Part shown: piece by piece, positions 27,463 to 37,914 of the stretch
How the letters are laid out: each line of letters opens with the position of its first letter
Position numbering within the stretch: the stretch's first letter is position 1
Virus record (IMG/VR): IMGVR_UViG_2671181094_000002
DNA: 38,185 nucleotides
DNA from: a virus
Lineage: Duplodnaviria > Heunggongvirae > Uroviricota > Caudoviricetes
Reading direction: 5' to 3' (one strand)
The notes under the pieces: generated by a model
What the model was told of the DNA's origin: nothing
Seen by the model: only the letters and a program-made list of their open reading frames with translations
The model's database searches: none
Position numbers and translations under genes: made by a program

Positions 27463-27644
27463 TAGTGACCTTTATTTTTGGCATAAATAACAGAATAAAC
27501 ACTGCACTGTGTATTCATTCCAACGAGTGAATACACGGAGCAATGTCGCTCGTAACTAAACAGGAGCCGACTTGTTCTGATTATTGGAAATCTTCTTTGC
27601 CCTCCAGTGTGAGGGAGATTTTTTATCTATGAGGATATGAATAG

Positions 27645-28013
27645 ATGTCAAACATCAAAAAATACATCATTGATTACGACTGGAAAGCATCAATAGAAAT
27701 TGAAATCGACCATGACGTAATGACAGAGGAAAAACTTCACCAGATTAATAATTTCTGGTCAGACTCTGAATACCGACTCAATAAACACGGCTCTGTATTA
27801 AATGCTGTATTAATCATGCTGGCGCAACATGCTCTGCTTATAGCAATTTCAAGCGACTTAAATGCATATGGTGTTGTGTGTGAGTTCGACTGGAATGATG
27901 GAAATGGTCAGGAAGGATGGCCTCCAATGGATGGTAGCGAAGGAATAAGAATTACCAATATCGATACATCAGGAATATTTGATCCAGATGATATGACTAT
28001 CAAAGCCGCCTGA
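27645..28013 (+). CDS. ea10: Ea10-like early protein
   Basis: 122-aa ORF MSNIKKYIIDYDWKASIEIEIDHDVMTEEKLHQINNFWSD... in the position of lambda ea10. Confidence 0.7.
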   Translation: MSNIKKYIIDYDWKASIEIEIDHDVMTEEKLHQINNFWSDSEYRLNKHGSVLNAVLIMLAQHALLIAISSDLNAYGVVCEFDWNDGNGQEGWPPMDGSEGIRITNIDTSGIFDPDDMTIKAA

Positions 28014-28085
28014 GCGCGGCGTTACCGCATACCAATTACGCTTCACTCGAGGCGTTTTTCGTTATGTATAAATAAGGAGCACACC

Positions 28086-28250
28086 ATGCAATATGCCATT
28101 GCAGGGTGGCCTGTTGCTGGCTGCCCTTCCGAATCTTTACTTGAACGAATCACCCGTAAATTACGTGACGGATGGAAACGCCTTATCGACATACTTAATC
28201 AGCCAGGAGTCCCAAAAAATGGATCAAACACTTATGGCTATCCAGACTAA
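28086..28250 (+). CDS. cIII: cIII (FtsH inhibitor protecting cII)
   Basis: 54-aa [57 protein letters not shown] read by hand; below track cutoff. Confidence 0.85.
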   Translation: MQYAIAGWPVAGCPSESLLERITRKLRDGWKRLIDILNQPGVPKNGSNTYGYPD

Positions 28251-28362
28251 ATTCACTATCGCCACTTTTATTGGCGATGAAAAGATGTTTCGTGAGGCCG
28301 TCGACGCTTATAAAAAATGGATATTAATACTGAAACTGAGATCAAGCAAAAGCATTCACTAA
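28219..28362 (+). CDS. kil: Kil (host killing, FtsZ inhibitor)
   Basis: 47-aa protein from internal Met of ORF 28093..28362: [47 protein letters not shown]; overlaps cIII and gam. Confidence 0.85.
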   Translation: MDQTLMAIQTKFTIATFIGDEKMFREAVDAYKKWILILKLRSSKSIH

Positions 28363-28733
28363 CCCCCTTTCCTGTTTTCCTAATCAGCCCGGCATTTCGC
28401 GGGCGATATTTTCACAGCTATTTCAGGAGTTCAGCCATGAACGCTTATTACATTCAGGATCGTCTTGAGGCTCAGAGCTGGGCGCGTTACTACCAGCAGA
28501 TCGCCCGTGAAGAGAAAGAGGCAGAACTGGCAGACGACATGGAAAAAGGCCTGCCCCAGCACCTGTTTGAATCGCTATGCATCGATCATTTGCAACGCCA
28601 CGGGGCCAGCAAAAAAGCCATTACCCGTGCGTTTGATGACGATGTTGAGTTTCAGGAGCGCATGGCAGAACACATCCGGTACATGGTTGAAACCATTGCT
28701 CACCACCAGGTTGATATTGATTCAGAGGTATAA
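28317..28733 (+). CDS. gam: Gam (RecBCD inhibitor)
   Basis: 138-aa [73 protein letters not shown]... Confidence 0.95.
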   Translation: MDINTETEIKQKHSLTPFPVFLISPAFRGRYFHSYFRSSAMNAYYIQDRLEAQSWARYYQQIAREEKEAELADDMEKGLPQHLFESLCIDHLQRHGASKKAITRAFDDDVEFQERMAEHIRYMVETIAHHQVDIDSEV

Positions 28734-28738
28734 AACGG

Positions 28739-29524
28739 ATGAGTACAGCACTCGCAACGCTGGCAGGGAAGCTGGCTGAACGTGTCGGCATGGATTCTGT
28801 CGACCCACAGGAACTGATCACCACTCTTCGCCAGACGGCATTTAAAGGTGATGCCAGCGATGCGCAGTTCATCGCATTGCTGATCGTCGCCAACCAGTAC
28901 GGCCTTAATCCGTGGACGAAAGAAATTTACGCCTTCCCTGATAAGCAGAACGGAATCGTTCCGGTGGTGGGCGTTGATGGCTGGTCCCGCATCATCAACG
29001 AAAACCAGCAGTTTGACGGCATGGACTTTGAACAGGACAACGAATCCTGCACATGCCGGATTTACCGCAAAGACCGCAATCATCCAATCTGCGTTACCGA
29101 GTGGATGGATGAATGCCGCCGCGAACCATTCAAAACCCGCGAAGGCAGAGAAATCACCGGACCGTGGCAGTCGCATCCCAAACGGATGTTACGGCATAAA
29201 GCCATGATTCAGTGTGCCCGTCTGGCCTTCGGATTTGCTGGTATCTATGACAAGGATGAAGCCGAGCGCATTGTCGAAAATACCGCATACACTGCAGAAC
29301 GTCAGCCGGAACGCGACATCACTCCGGTTAACGATGAAACCATGCAGGAGATTAACACTCTGCTGATTGCCCTGGATAAAACATGGGATGACGACTTATT
29401 GCCGCTCTGTTCCCAGATATTTCGCCGCGACATTCGCGCATCGTCAGAACTGACACAGGCCGAAGCAGTGAAAGCTCTTGGATTCCTGAAACAGAAAGCC
29501 ACTGAGCAGAAGGTGGCAGCATGA
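28739..29524 (+). CDS. bet: Bet (Red beta single-strand annealing protein)
   Basis: 261-aa [85 protein letters not shown]... Confidence 0.95.
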   Translation: MSTALATLAGKLAERVGMDSVDPQELITTLRQTAFKGDASDAQFIALLIVANQYGLNPWTKEIYAFPDKQNGIVPVVGVDGWSRIINENQQFDGMDFEQDNESCTCRIYRKDRNHPICVTEWMDECRREPFKTREGREITGPWQSHPKRMLRHKAMIQCARLAFGFAGIYDKDEAERIVENTAYTAERQPERDITPVNDETMQEINTLLIALDKTWDDDLLPLCSQIFRRDIRASSELTQAEAVKALGFLKQKATEQKVAA

Positions 29525-30201
29525 CACCGGACATTATCCTGCAGCGTACCGGGATCGACGTGAGAGCTGTCGAACAGGGGGATGATGCATGGCACAAATT
29601 ACGGCTCGGCGTCATCACCGCTTCAGAAGTTCACAATGTGATAGCAAAACCCCGCTCCGGAAAGAAGTGGCCTGACATGAAAATGTCCTACTTCCACACC
29701 CTGCTTGCCGAGGTTTGCACCGGTGTGGCTCCGGAAGTTAACGCTAAGGCGCTGGCCTGGGGAAAACAGTACGAGAACGACGCCAGAGCCCTCTTTGAGT
29801 TCACTTCCGGCGTGAATGTTACTGAATCCCCGATCATCTATCGCGACGAAAGTATGCGCACCGCCTGCTCTCCCGATGGTTTATGCAGTGACGGCAACGG
29901 CCTTGAACTGAAATGCCCGTTTACCTCCCGGGATTTCATGAAGTTCCGGCTCGGTGGTTTCGAGGCCATAAAATCGGCTTACATGGCCCAGGTGCAGTAC
30001 AGCATGTGGGTGACACAAAAAGATGCCTGGTACTTTGCCAACTATGACCCGCGTATGAAGCGTGAAGGACTGCATTATGTCGTGGTTGAGCGGGATGAAA
30101 AGTACATGGCGAGTTTTAACGAGATGGTGCCGGAGTTCATCGAAAAAATGGACGAGGCACTGGCTGAAATTGGTTTTGTATTTGGGGAGCAATGGCGATG
30201 A
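29521..30201 (+). CDS. exo: Exo (lambda exonuclease, Red alpha)
   Basis: 226-aa [68 protein letters not shown]... Confidence 0.95.
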   Translation: MTPDIILQRTGIDVRAVEQGDDAWHKLRLGVITASEVHNVIAKPRSGKKWPDMKMSYFHTLLAEVCTGVAPEVNAKALAWGKQYENDARALFEFTSGVNVTESPIIYRDESMRTACSPDGLCSDGNGLELKCPFTSRDFMKFRLGGFEAIKSAYMAQVQYSMWVTQKDAWYFANYDPRMKREGLHYVVVERDEKYMASFNEMVPEFIEKMDEALAEIGFVFGEQWR

Positions 30202-30380
30202 CGCATCCTCACGATAATATCCGGGTAGGCGCGATCACTTTCGTCTACTCCGTTACAAAGCGAGGCTGGGTATTTCCCGGCCTTTCTGTTATCAGAAATC
30301 CACTGAAAGCACAGCGGCTGGCTGAGAAGATAAATAATAAACGGGAGGCGGTATGCACAAAGCATCTCCTGTTGAGTTAA
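30192..30380 (+). CDS. Small early protein (lambda orf61-like)
   Basis: 62-aa ORF immediately after exo, position and size as lambda orf61. Confidence 0.6.
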   Translation: MAMTHPHDNIRVGAITFVYSVTKRGWVFPGLSVIRNPLKAQRLAEKINNKREAVCTKHLLLS

Positions 30381-30544
30381 GAACGAGTATTGAGATGGCA
30401 CATAGCCTTGCTCAAATTGGAGTCAGGTTTGTGCCAATACCAGTAGAAACAGACGAAGAATTTCATACGTTAGCCGCATCTCTTTCACAAAAGCTGGAAA
30501 TGATGGTGGCGAAAGCAGAAGCAGATGAGAGAGACCCGGTATGA
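30353..30544 (+). CDS. Small early protein (lambda orf63-like)
   Basis: 63-aa ORF overlapping previous ORF end, position and size as lambda orf63. Confidence 0.6.
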   Translation: MHKASPVELRTSIEMAHSLAQIGVRFVPIPVETDEEFHTLAASLSQKLEMMVAKAEADERDPV

Positions 30545-30620
30545 CAGCCACGGAATGCATTTTTCTGGCAGCGGGCTTCATATTCTGTGTGCTTATGCTT
30601 GCCGACATGGGACTTGTTCA

Positions 30621-30842
30621 ATGACACCTCAGCAGGAAAACGCCCTTCGCAGCATTGCCCGTCAGGCTAATTCTGAAATCAAAAAAGCCAGACAGCAGTT
30701 TCCGGATAAAAACGTCGATGACATTTGCCGTAGCGTACTGAAGAAGCACCGTGAAACGGTAACGCTGATGGGATTCACACCGACTCATTTAAGTCTGGCG
30801 ATCGGCATGTTAAACGGCGTCTTTAAGGAACGGTTAACATGA
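30621..30842 (+). CDS. Small early protein (lambda orf60a-like)
   Basis: ORF track 30525..30842; probable start at internal MTPQQENALRSIARQANSEIKKARQQF. Confidence 0.5.
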   Translation: MTPQQENALRSIARQANSEIKKARQQFPDKNVDDICRSVLKKHRETVTLMGFTPTHLSLAIGMLNGVFKERLT

Positions 30843-30934
30843 AAAGCAAAATCATCAGGGAGCTACAGGCTCCTTTTTTATTGTTCGCATTCATCCTCAA
30901 GCGTATTAACCAACAATTCAGGGATTAATGGAAG

Positions 30935-31156
30935 ATGGCAGACATCATTGATTCAGCATCAGAAATTGAAGAATTACAGCGCAACACAGCAATTAAAATG
31001 CGCCGCCTGAACCACCAGGCTATATCTGCCACTCATTGTTGTGAGTGTGGCGATCCGATAGATGAACGAAGACGCCTGGTCGTTCAGGGTTGTCGGACTT
31101 GTGCAAGTTGCCAGGAGGATCTGGAGCTTATCAGTAAACAGAGAGGTTCGAAGTGA
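30935..31156 (+). CDS. TraR/DksA-family C4 zinc-finger protein (lambda orf73-like)
   Basis: 73-aa ORF with CxxC-N17-CxxC (CCECGDPIDERRRLVVQGCRTCASC) as in TraR/DksA-like RNA polymerase-binding proteins. Confidence 0.7.
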   Translation: MADIIDSASEIEELQRNTAIKMRRLNHQAISATHCCECGDPIDERRRLVVQGCRTCASCQEDLELISKQRGSK

Positions 31157-31366
31157 GCGAAATTAACTAGAAGCCAAAGATAAAATCATCGCTGAGCAGG
31201 AGAAAATCGCTAACGGAGAAAAGACAGTAAGTCAGTATATGAAAACCGCATGATATCATCAGATAAAAATCGGTCGTAAAGCGAAATATTAATACCAGAA
31301 CAAACGAGTCGAGGTAAATTATATTACCTCGATAAATTAACTAAAACTTGCCCGCTATATACTATA

Positions 31367-31969
31367 TCATTCAGTATCATCACGCGCGGTCTGTGCATAT
31401 GTCACTACCGCACCTAATATATTAATTTTCTTTTCAACATAGATAATATTATCGTACTCATAATTGCCATACGGATAGCAAATGCGAATATTCTCATGTA
31501 GATCGGGGTCATCCACCTCAGCTCCAGAACAACTTTTTGAACTACCGGAAGTATACCGATACGGTGCAACATAAGACGATGTCTCTCCAGGCAAAAAATA
31601 AGTTAGTGTCGTAAGGGGTATAATCAGAAAAAATCCAGCAAATATGCACATCCCTGCATAAACCTTAAGGTATGCTGACAGACTCTTCCAGCCTCTTTGT
31701 TTTACTATCCCCTTCTTAACCCAAAACAGAGATAACAGAAAAGCTATTCCCATGCTAAACAGAATGTAATAGTGGGATATACTCTGATTAAGAAACGTGA
31801 CCCTGTAGATATCTGCCCGCCACCAGAAGAAAAGGAAAATAAAGATCAGCCCTGAAACTGTCATGCAAATCAAATAAGGATACGAATCTTTTTTCATGTT
31901 TAGCGCCCATAAAATTTTTCCTGACCCGGACAAATTTACCATCCATTTTTTGCGCAGAAAATAGCTCAT
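31367..31969 (-). CDS. Hypothetical multi-pass membrane protein in AT-rich island (moron)
   Basis: 200-aa ORF with at least three hydrophobic helices (LICMTVSGLIFIFLFFWW; ILFSMGIAFLLSLFWV; MCIFAGFFLIIPLTTLTYFL) and a Cys/Tyr-containing soluble C-terminus; opposite strand to pL operon; start codon uncertain (M1, M10 or M25). Confidence 0.5.
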   Translation of the reverse strand: MSYFLRKKWMVNLSGSGKILWALNMKKDSYPYLICMTVSGLIFIFLFFWWRADIYRVTFLNQSISHYYILFSMGIAFLLSLFWVKKGIVKQRGWKSLSAYLKVYAGMCIFAGFFLIIPLTTLTYFLPGETSSYVAPYRYTSGSSKSCSGAEVDDPDLHENIRICYPYGNYEYDNIIYVEKKINILGAVVTYAQTARDDTE

Positions 31970-32211
31970 TACTTACTGCACAATAATACACAAAATTGCG
32001 TAAATTTTTTGCATGGATTTTAGCTCTTTCAGCCGACATTTAAGGGGTAAATAGCATTTCCTAAAAGCAACTGCACCAACCCAACAGAATGGGCTACCGC
32101 TTACGTTGAGAGCAAAAAAGTGTATAGCAGCAATGAACAGCATCCTCGCACTGACGAGGATTTCTTTTATCTGAACTCGCTACGGCGGGTTTTGTTTTAT
32201 GGAGATGATAA

Positions 32212-32379
32212 ATGCACTTCCGAGTCACAGGTGAATGGAATGGAGAACCATTCAACAGAGTTATCGAAGCCGAGAACATCAGCGACTGCTATGACCACTG
32301 GATGCTGTGGGCGCAGATAGCACATGCAGACGTAACCAATATTCGAATTGAAGAACTGAAAGAACACCAAGCCGCCTGA
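32212..32379 (+). CDS. Small protein (lambda orf55-like)
   Basis: 55-aa ORF MHFRVTGEWNGEPFNRVIEAENISDCYDHWMLWAQIAHADVTNIRIEELKEHQAA read by hand, GGAG SD upstream, ends inside a terminator hairpin. Confidence 0.5.
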   Translation: MHFRVTGEWNGEPFNRVIEAENISDCYDHWMLWAQIAHADVTNIRIEELKEHQAA

Positions 32380-32393
32380 TGGCGGTTTTTTCT
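32371..32393 (+). terminator. Rho-independent terminator upstream of xis
   Basis: gccgcc-tgat-ggcggt stem-loop followed by tttttct. Confidence 0.5.
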
Positions 32394-32418
32394 TGCGTGT
32401 AATTGCGGAGACTTTGCG

Positions 32419-32637
32419 ATGTACTTGACACTTCAGGAGTGGAACGCACGCCAGCGACGCCCAAGAAGCCTTGAAACAGTTCGTCGATGGGTACGCGAGT
32501 GCAGGATATTCCCTCCTCCGGTTAAGGATGGAAGAGAGTATCTGTTCCACGAATCAGCGGTAAAGGTTGACTTAAATCGACCAGTAACAGGTAGCCTTTT
32601 GAAGAGGATCAGAAATGGGAAGAAGGCGAAGTCATGA
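32419..32637 (+). CDS. xis: Excisionase Xis
   Basis: 72-aa ORF MYLTLQEWNARQRRPRSLETVRRWVRECRIFPPPVKDGREYLFHESAVKVDLNRPVTGSLLKRIRNGKKAKS. Confidence 0.95.
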   Translation: MYLTLQEWNARQRRPRSLETVRRWVRECRIFPPPVKDGREYLFHESAVKVDLNRPVTGSLLKRIRNGKKAKS

Positions 32638-33685
32638 GCGCCGGGATTTACCCCCTAACCTTTATATAAGAAACAATGGATATTACTGCTACAGGGACCC
32701 AAGGACGGGTAAAGAGTTTGGATTAGGCAGAGACAGGCGAATCGCAATCACTGAAGCCATACAGGCCAACATTGAGTTATTTTCAGGACACAAACACAAG
32801 CCTCTGACAGCGAGAATCAACAGTGATAATTCCGTTACGTTACATTCATGGCTTGATCGCTACGAAAAAATCCTGGCCAGCAGAGGAATCAAGCAGAAGA
32901 CACTCATAAATTACATGAGCAAAATTAAAGCAATAAGGAGGGGTCTGCCTGATGCTCCACTTGAAGACATCACCACAAAAGAAATTGCGACAATGCTCAA
33001 TGGATACATAGACGAGGGCAAGGCGGCGTCAGCCAAGTTAATCAGATCAACACTGAGCGATGCATTCCGAGAGGCAATAGCTGAAGGCCATATAACAACA
33101 AACCCTGTCGCTGCCACTCGCGCAGCAAAATCAGAGGTAAGGAGATCAAGACTTACGGCTGACGAATACCTGAAAATTTATCAAGCAGCAGAATCATCAC
33201 CATGTTGGCTCAGACTTGCAATGGAACTGGCTGTTGTTACCGGGCAACGAGTTGGTGATTTATGCGAAATGAAGTGGTCTGATATCGTAGATGGATATCT
33301 TTATGTCGAGCAAAGCAAAACAGGCGTAAAAATTGCCATCCCAACAACATTGCATGTTGATGCTCTCGGGATATCAATGAAGGAAACACTTGATAAATGC
33401 AAAGAGATTCTTGGCGGAGAAACCATAATTGCATCTACTCGTCGTGAACCGCTTTCATCCGGCACAGTATCAAGGTATTTTATGCGCGCACGAAAAGCAT
33501 CAGGTCTTTCCTTCGAAGGGGATCCGCCTACCTTTCACGAGTTGCGCAGTTTGTCTGCAAGACTCTATGAGAAGCAGATAAGCGATAAGTTTGCTCAACA
33601 TCTTCTCGGGCATAAGTCGGACACCATGGCATCACAGTATCGTGATGACAGAGGCAGGGAGTGGGACAAAATTGAAATCAAATAA
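32615..33685 (+). CDS. int: Integrase Int (tyrosine recombinase)
   Basis: 356-aa ORF MGRRRSHERRDLPPNLYIRNNGYYCYRDPRTGKEFGLGRDRRIAITEAIQANIELFSGHKHK...; overlaps xis 3' end as in lambda. Confidence 0.95.
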   Translation: MGRRRSHERRDLPPNLYIRNNGYYCYRDPRTGKEFGLGRDRRIAITEAIQANIELFSGHKHKPLTARINSDNSVTLHSWLDRYEKILASRGIKQKTLINYMSKIKAIRRGLPDAPLEDITTKEIATMLNGYIDEGKAASAKLIRSTLSDAFREAIAEGHITTNPVAATRAAKSEVRRSRLTADEYLKIYQAAESSPCWLRLAMELAVVTGQRVGDLCEMKWSDIVDGYLYVEQSKTGVKIAIPTTLHVDALGISMKETLDKCKEILGGETIIASTRREPLSSGTVSRYFMRARKASGLSFEGDPPTFHELRSLSARLYEKQISDKFAQHLLGHKSDTMASQYRDDRGREWDKIEIK

Positions 33686-33790
33686 TGATTTTATTTTGAC
33701 TGATAGTGACCTGTTCGTTGCAACAAATTGATAAGCAATGCTTTTTTATAATGCCAACTTAGTATAAAAAAGCAGGCTTCAACGGATTCA
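33686..33790. other. attL: phage P' arm, 15-bp core (ttagtataaaaaagc, 33759-33773) and bacterial arm
   Basis: Sequence downstream of int matches my recollection of the lambda attP P' arm (reverse complement) up to the core gcttttttatactaa, then switches to chromosomal sequence (cagg...). Confidence 0.8.
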
Positions 33791-33819
33791 TTTTTCTATT
33801 TCATAGCCCGGAGCAACCT

Positions 33820-35103
33820 GTGAACACATTTTCAGTTTCCCGTCTGGCGCTGGCATTGGCTTTTGGCGTGACGCTGACCGCCTGTAGCTCAACCCCGCCC
33901 GATCAACGTCCTTCTGATCAAACCGCGCCTGGTACCTCTTCTCGCCCGATTCTGTCGGCAAAAGAAGCGCAGAATTTCGATGCTCAACACTATTTTGCAT
34001 CCCTGACACCAGGTGCTGCAGCGTGGAATCCTTCCCCGATTACCCTGCCTGCGCAACCTGACTTTGTTGTCGGCCCGGCGGGCACTCAAGGTGTAACGCA
34101 TACCACGATTCAGGCGGCGGTAGATGCGGCAATTATCAAGCGTACCAACAAGCGCCAGTATATTGCCGTGATGCCTGGTGAGTATCAGGGAACGGTATAT
34201 GTCCCTGCCGCTCCGGGTGGAATTACTCTGTACGGTACAGGTGAAAAACCGATTGATGTGAAGATTGGGCTTTCCCTTGATGGTGGCATGAGCCCTGCCG
34301 ACTGGCGTCACGACGTCAACCCGCGCGGCAAATATATGCCAGGTAAACCAGCGTGGTATATGTACGATAGCTGCCAGAGCAAACGCAGCGACAGTATCGG
34401 TGTTCTCTGCTCTGCGGTCTTCTGGTCACAAAACAATGGCCTGCAACTGCAAAATCTGACCATCGAAAACACGCTGGGCGATAGCGTAGATGCAGGTAAC
34501 CATCCGGCGGTGGCACTGCGTACTGATGGTGACCAGGTACAGATTAACAACGTTAACATTCTCGGTCGTCAGAACACCTTCTTTGTCACCAACAGCGGTG
34601 TGCAGAACCGTCTGGAAACGAATCGTCAGCCGCGTACGCTGGTGACCAACAGCTACATTGAAGGGGATGTGGATATCGTTTCTGGTCGCGGCGCAGTGGT
34701 GTTCGATAACACCGAATTCCGCGTGGTGAACTCACGTACTCAGCAAGAAGCGTATGTGTTTGCACCGGCTACGCTGTCCAACATTTACTACGGTTTCCTC
34801 GCCGTAAACAGCCGTTTCAATGCTTTCGGTGATGGTGTGGCGCAACTGGGCCGCTCGCTGGATGTTGATGCCAATACCAACGGTCAGGTGGTGATCCGTG
34901 ATAGCGCCATCAACGAAGGTTTTAACACGGCTAAACCGTGGGCCGATGCGGTGATCTCTAATCGTCCGTTTGCGGGTAATACCGGCAGCGTAGATGATAA
35001 CGACGAAATACAGCGCAATCTGAATGACACTAACTACAACCGCATGTGGGAATACAATAACCGCGGCGTGGGTAGTAAAGTGGTTGCAGAGGCGAAGAAG
35101 TAA
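33820..35103 (+). CDS. ybhC: YbhC, pectinesterase-family outer-membrane lipoprotein (chromosomal gene flanking the lambda attachment site)
   Basis: 427-aa ORF with lipoprotein signal (LTAC) and pectin-lyase-fold region; recognised as the gene adjacent to attB-lambda on the gal side. Confidence 0.85.
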   Translation: MNTFSVSRLALALAFGVTLTACSSTPPDQRPSDQTAPGTSSRPILSAKEAQNFDAQHYFASLTPGAAAWNPSPITLPAQPDFVVGPAGTQGVTHTTIQAAVDAAIIKRTNKRQYIAVMPGEYQGTVYVPAAPGGITLYGTGEKPIDVKIGLSLDGGMSPADWRHDVNPRGKYMPGKPAWYMYDSCQSKRSDSIGVLCSAVFWSQNNGLQLQNLTIENTLGDSVDAGNHPAVALRTDGDQVQINNVNILGRQNTFFVTNSGVQNRLETNRQPRTLVTNSYIEGDVDIVSGRGAVVFDNTEFRVVNSRTQQEAYVFAPATLSNIYYGFLAVNSRFNAFGDGVAQLGRSLDVDANTNGQVVIRDSAINEGFNTAKPWADAVISNRPFAGNTGSVDDNDEIQRNLNDTNYNRMWEYNNRGVGSKVVAEAKK

Positions 35104-35336
<233 letters not shown>

Positions 35337-37574
35337 TTACATCTGACGGTTTTTATTGAAGTTAATCAAACTACCCGCCTTGATAATCTCGCGCTCTTCA
35401 GCAGTCAGACTTTCCATATAGAGCGTAATTTCCGTTACCGGCGCATCTTCATGGATCACATAACCTTTAAACGTCGTACCCGGATTATCCAGCGCCGCTT
35501 TAATGCCAGGGATGTAAATGTAATCCCCCACTTCAAAGGTTGGCACTTCCGCCATCTGCAGCGGTAACATCCCCCAGTTGATGACGTTAGAACGGTAGCG
35601 TTTAGTCGCGTACTCTTCGGCAATATTCGCCAGACCGCCAATCACACGCTGGCAGCTCGCCGCCTGTTCACGCGCAGAACCATCGCCTGGTTTCACCGCA
35701 TATACCATGCTGCCAATTTCAGTTTGCAGCGGATCAATATGCTCCTGACCAGCAATCTGCTTAATGCGCGCAAACACCTCTGTCAGCTCGCTGACATTCC
35801 CCGCCAGACGCTGATTTTCCAGCTCAGCAGTCGCTTTACTTCTGCCAACATAACCGGGATCGCGGCGTGACAGGGTAAACTCCGCCAGACCAATCGGATT
35901 TGAACGATAAGAAGAGGTTTCACCGGAAGGAATCAGTTCGTCGGTGGTGGTCACTTCGTCGAGGATCTTCGAGCACACTTTCAGGACGATATTGTCAGTC
36001 AGCGCACCCAATTCCGGCCAGTCTTTAATGTTCGGTCCGTAAATCAGCGGTTGCTGAGTTGCCCCTTTCACAAAGCCCTGATAAACACGGTTTTTATACG
36101 GCGTTACATCGAAGGCGTACTCCGGCACGTTGTCCCAGCAATCAAGTTCGCTGGCAGAGGTTAAATAGCCACCGTTTGCCGCAGTCGCAGCGATAGAACG
36201 AGCGTCCATCAACGCCACCGCTGACATCTGCCCATTAGCTGGCTTAGAGCCTTCGCGGTTCGGGAAGTTGCGCGTGGTGTGGCGAATACTTAATCCGTTG
36301 TTGATTGGCGTATCGCCCGCGCCAAAGCATGGGCCGCAGAACGCGGTTCTGATGATTGCGCCTGCGCCAATCAAATCTGCTACCACACCTTTTTTGGCGA
36401 GATCCATAAACACCGGCTGTGATGACGGGTAAACTGCCAGCGAGAAGGTGTCATTGCCACAGGATTGACCGCGCAGTGCATTCGCCGCCGCGATGACGTT
36501 TTCGTAGTTACCGCCAGAACAGCCCGCGATAATCCCCTGCTGCACTTTCAGGCGACCATTTTCCACTTTATCCAGCAGCGAGAGTTTGGCTTTACCGTGC
36601 GCCACGCGTTCGGACTCAATTTCAATCTCACGCAGAATGTCGGTCAGGTTCTGGTTCAGTGTGTCGATTTCATACACGTTGCTCGGGTGGAACGGCAGCG
36701 CAATCATTGGTTTGATGGCGCTTAAATCAACGCTGATGCAGCCATCGTAGTACGCCATCGGTTGAGGGTTAAGCTGGCAGTAATCCTGGCCGCGACCGTG
36801 CAGCGCCAGCCAGTTATGGACTTCTTCATCGGTTTGCCAGACAGAACTTAAACAGGTCGTTTCAGTGGTCATAACGTCAACGCTGTTACGGAAATCGGTA
36901 GAGAGCGCAGCAACACCGGGACCTACGAATTCCATCACTTTGTTTTTGACGTAGCCGTTTTTGAACACGGCACCGATGATAGCCAGCGCCACATCCTGCG
37001 GCCCCACATACGGCGCTGGTTTTCCGGTCAGATGCACCGCAACAACTCCCGGATAGTCGATATCCCAGGTGTCATTAAGCAGCTGTTTTACCAACTCACC
37101 GCCGCCCTCACCGACTGCCATTGTCCCTAATGCACCGTAACGGGTGTGGCTGTCTGACCCGAGGATCATTTTGCCGCCGCCTGCCATCATCTCACGCATA
37201 TATTGATGGATGACCGCAATATGCGGAGGCACAAAAATACCGCCATAACGCTGAGCTGCCGATAAACCAAAAACATGGTCATCACCGTTAATGGTGCCGC
37301 CGACGGCGCAGAGTGAGTTATGGCAGTTGGTCAGCACATACGGCAGCGGGAAACGTTCCATTCCGGACGCTTTAGCGGTCTGTACAATACCAACAAAGGT
37401 AATATCGTGAGAGGCTAATGAATCAAACTTAATTTTAAGTTTATCCATATTTCCGGACGTATTATGAGAAGAGAGAATAGACCAGGCAATAGTGCCTTTT
37501 TTGGCTTCTTCTTTTTTAATTTCGCCGGTGAAATGTTCTTCGGCAATTATTTCGTTATTACTGGCGAGAAACAC
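35337..37574 (-). CDS. ybhJ: YbhJ, aconitase-family protein (5' end abuts or is disrupted by IS1)
   Basis: 745-aa ORF with aconitase-family features (GSDSHT, Cys ligands CGPCFGAG); track start is a GTG 10 nt from the IS1 end and the frame continues into IS1. Confidence 0.75.
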   Translation of the reverse strand: MFLASNNEIIAEEHFTGEIKKEEAKKGTIAWSILSSHNTSGNMDKLKIKFDSLASHDITFVGIVQTAKASGMERFPLPYVLTNCHNSLCAVGGTINGDDHVFGLSAAQRYGGIFVPPHIAVIHQYMREMMAGGGKMILGSDSHTRYGALGTMAVGEGGGELVKQLLNDTWDIDYPGVVAVHLTGKPAPYVGPQDVALAIIGAVFKNGYVKNKVMEFVGPGVAALSTDFRNSVDVMTTETTCLSSVWQTDEEVHNWLALHGRGQDYCQLNPQPMAYYDGCISVDLSAIKPMIALPFHPSNVYEIDTLNQNLTDILREIEIESERVAHGKAKLSLLDKVENGRLKVQQGIIAGCSGGNYENVIAAANALRGQSCGNDTFSLAVYPSSQPVFMDLAKKGVVADLIGAGAIIRTAFCGPCFGAGDTPINNGLSIRHTTRNFPNREGSKPANGQMSAVALMDARSIAATAANGGYLTSASELDCWDNVPEYAFDVTPYKNRVYQGFVKGATQQPLIYGPNIKDWPELGALTDNIVLKVCSKILDEVTTTDELIPSGETSSYRSNPIGLAEFTLSRRDPGYVGRSKATAELENQRLAGNVSELTEVFARIKQIAGQEHIDPLQTEIGSMVYAVKPGDGSAREQAASCQRVIGGLANIAEEYATKRYRSNVINWGMLPLQMAEVPTFEVGDYIYIPGIKAALDNPGTTFKGYVIHEDAPVTEITLYMESLTAEEREIIKAGSLINFNKNRQM

Positions 37575-37638
37575 GCCTTTTTCGGTGATGCTGCCAACTT
37601 ACTGATTTAGTGTATGATGGTGTTTTTGAGGTGCTCCA

Positions 37639-37914
37639 GTGGCTTCCATCTCCATCAGTTGTCCCTCCTGCTCAGCTACTGAAGGCGTGGTGCGTAACGG
37701 TAAAAGTACTGCCGGACATCAGCGCTATCTCTGCTCTCACTGCCGTAAAACATGGCAGCTACAGTTCACTTACACCGCCTCTCAGCCCGGTACGCACCAG
37801 AAAATCATTGATATGGCCATGAATGGCGTTGGATGCCGGGCAACCGCCCGCATTATGGGCGTTGGCCTCAACACGATTTTACGTCACTTAAAAAACTCAG
37901 GCCGCAGTCGGTAA
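37639..37914 (+). CDS. insA: IS1 InsA
   Basis: 91-aa [94 protein letters not shown]. Confidence 0.9.
   Translation: MASISISCPSCSATEGVVRNGKSTAGHQRYLCSHCRKTWQLQFTYTASQPGTHQKIIDMAMNGVGCRATARIMGVGLNTILRHLKNSGRSR

Noticed and set aside
31788-32039. 83-aa minus-strand ORF overlapping the 5' end of the membrane protein gene
   Set aside because: Lys/Arg-rich product from AT-rich DNA, overlaps the better-supported membrane protein ORF in another frame; may only reflect uncertainty of that gene's start.
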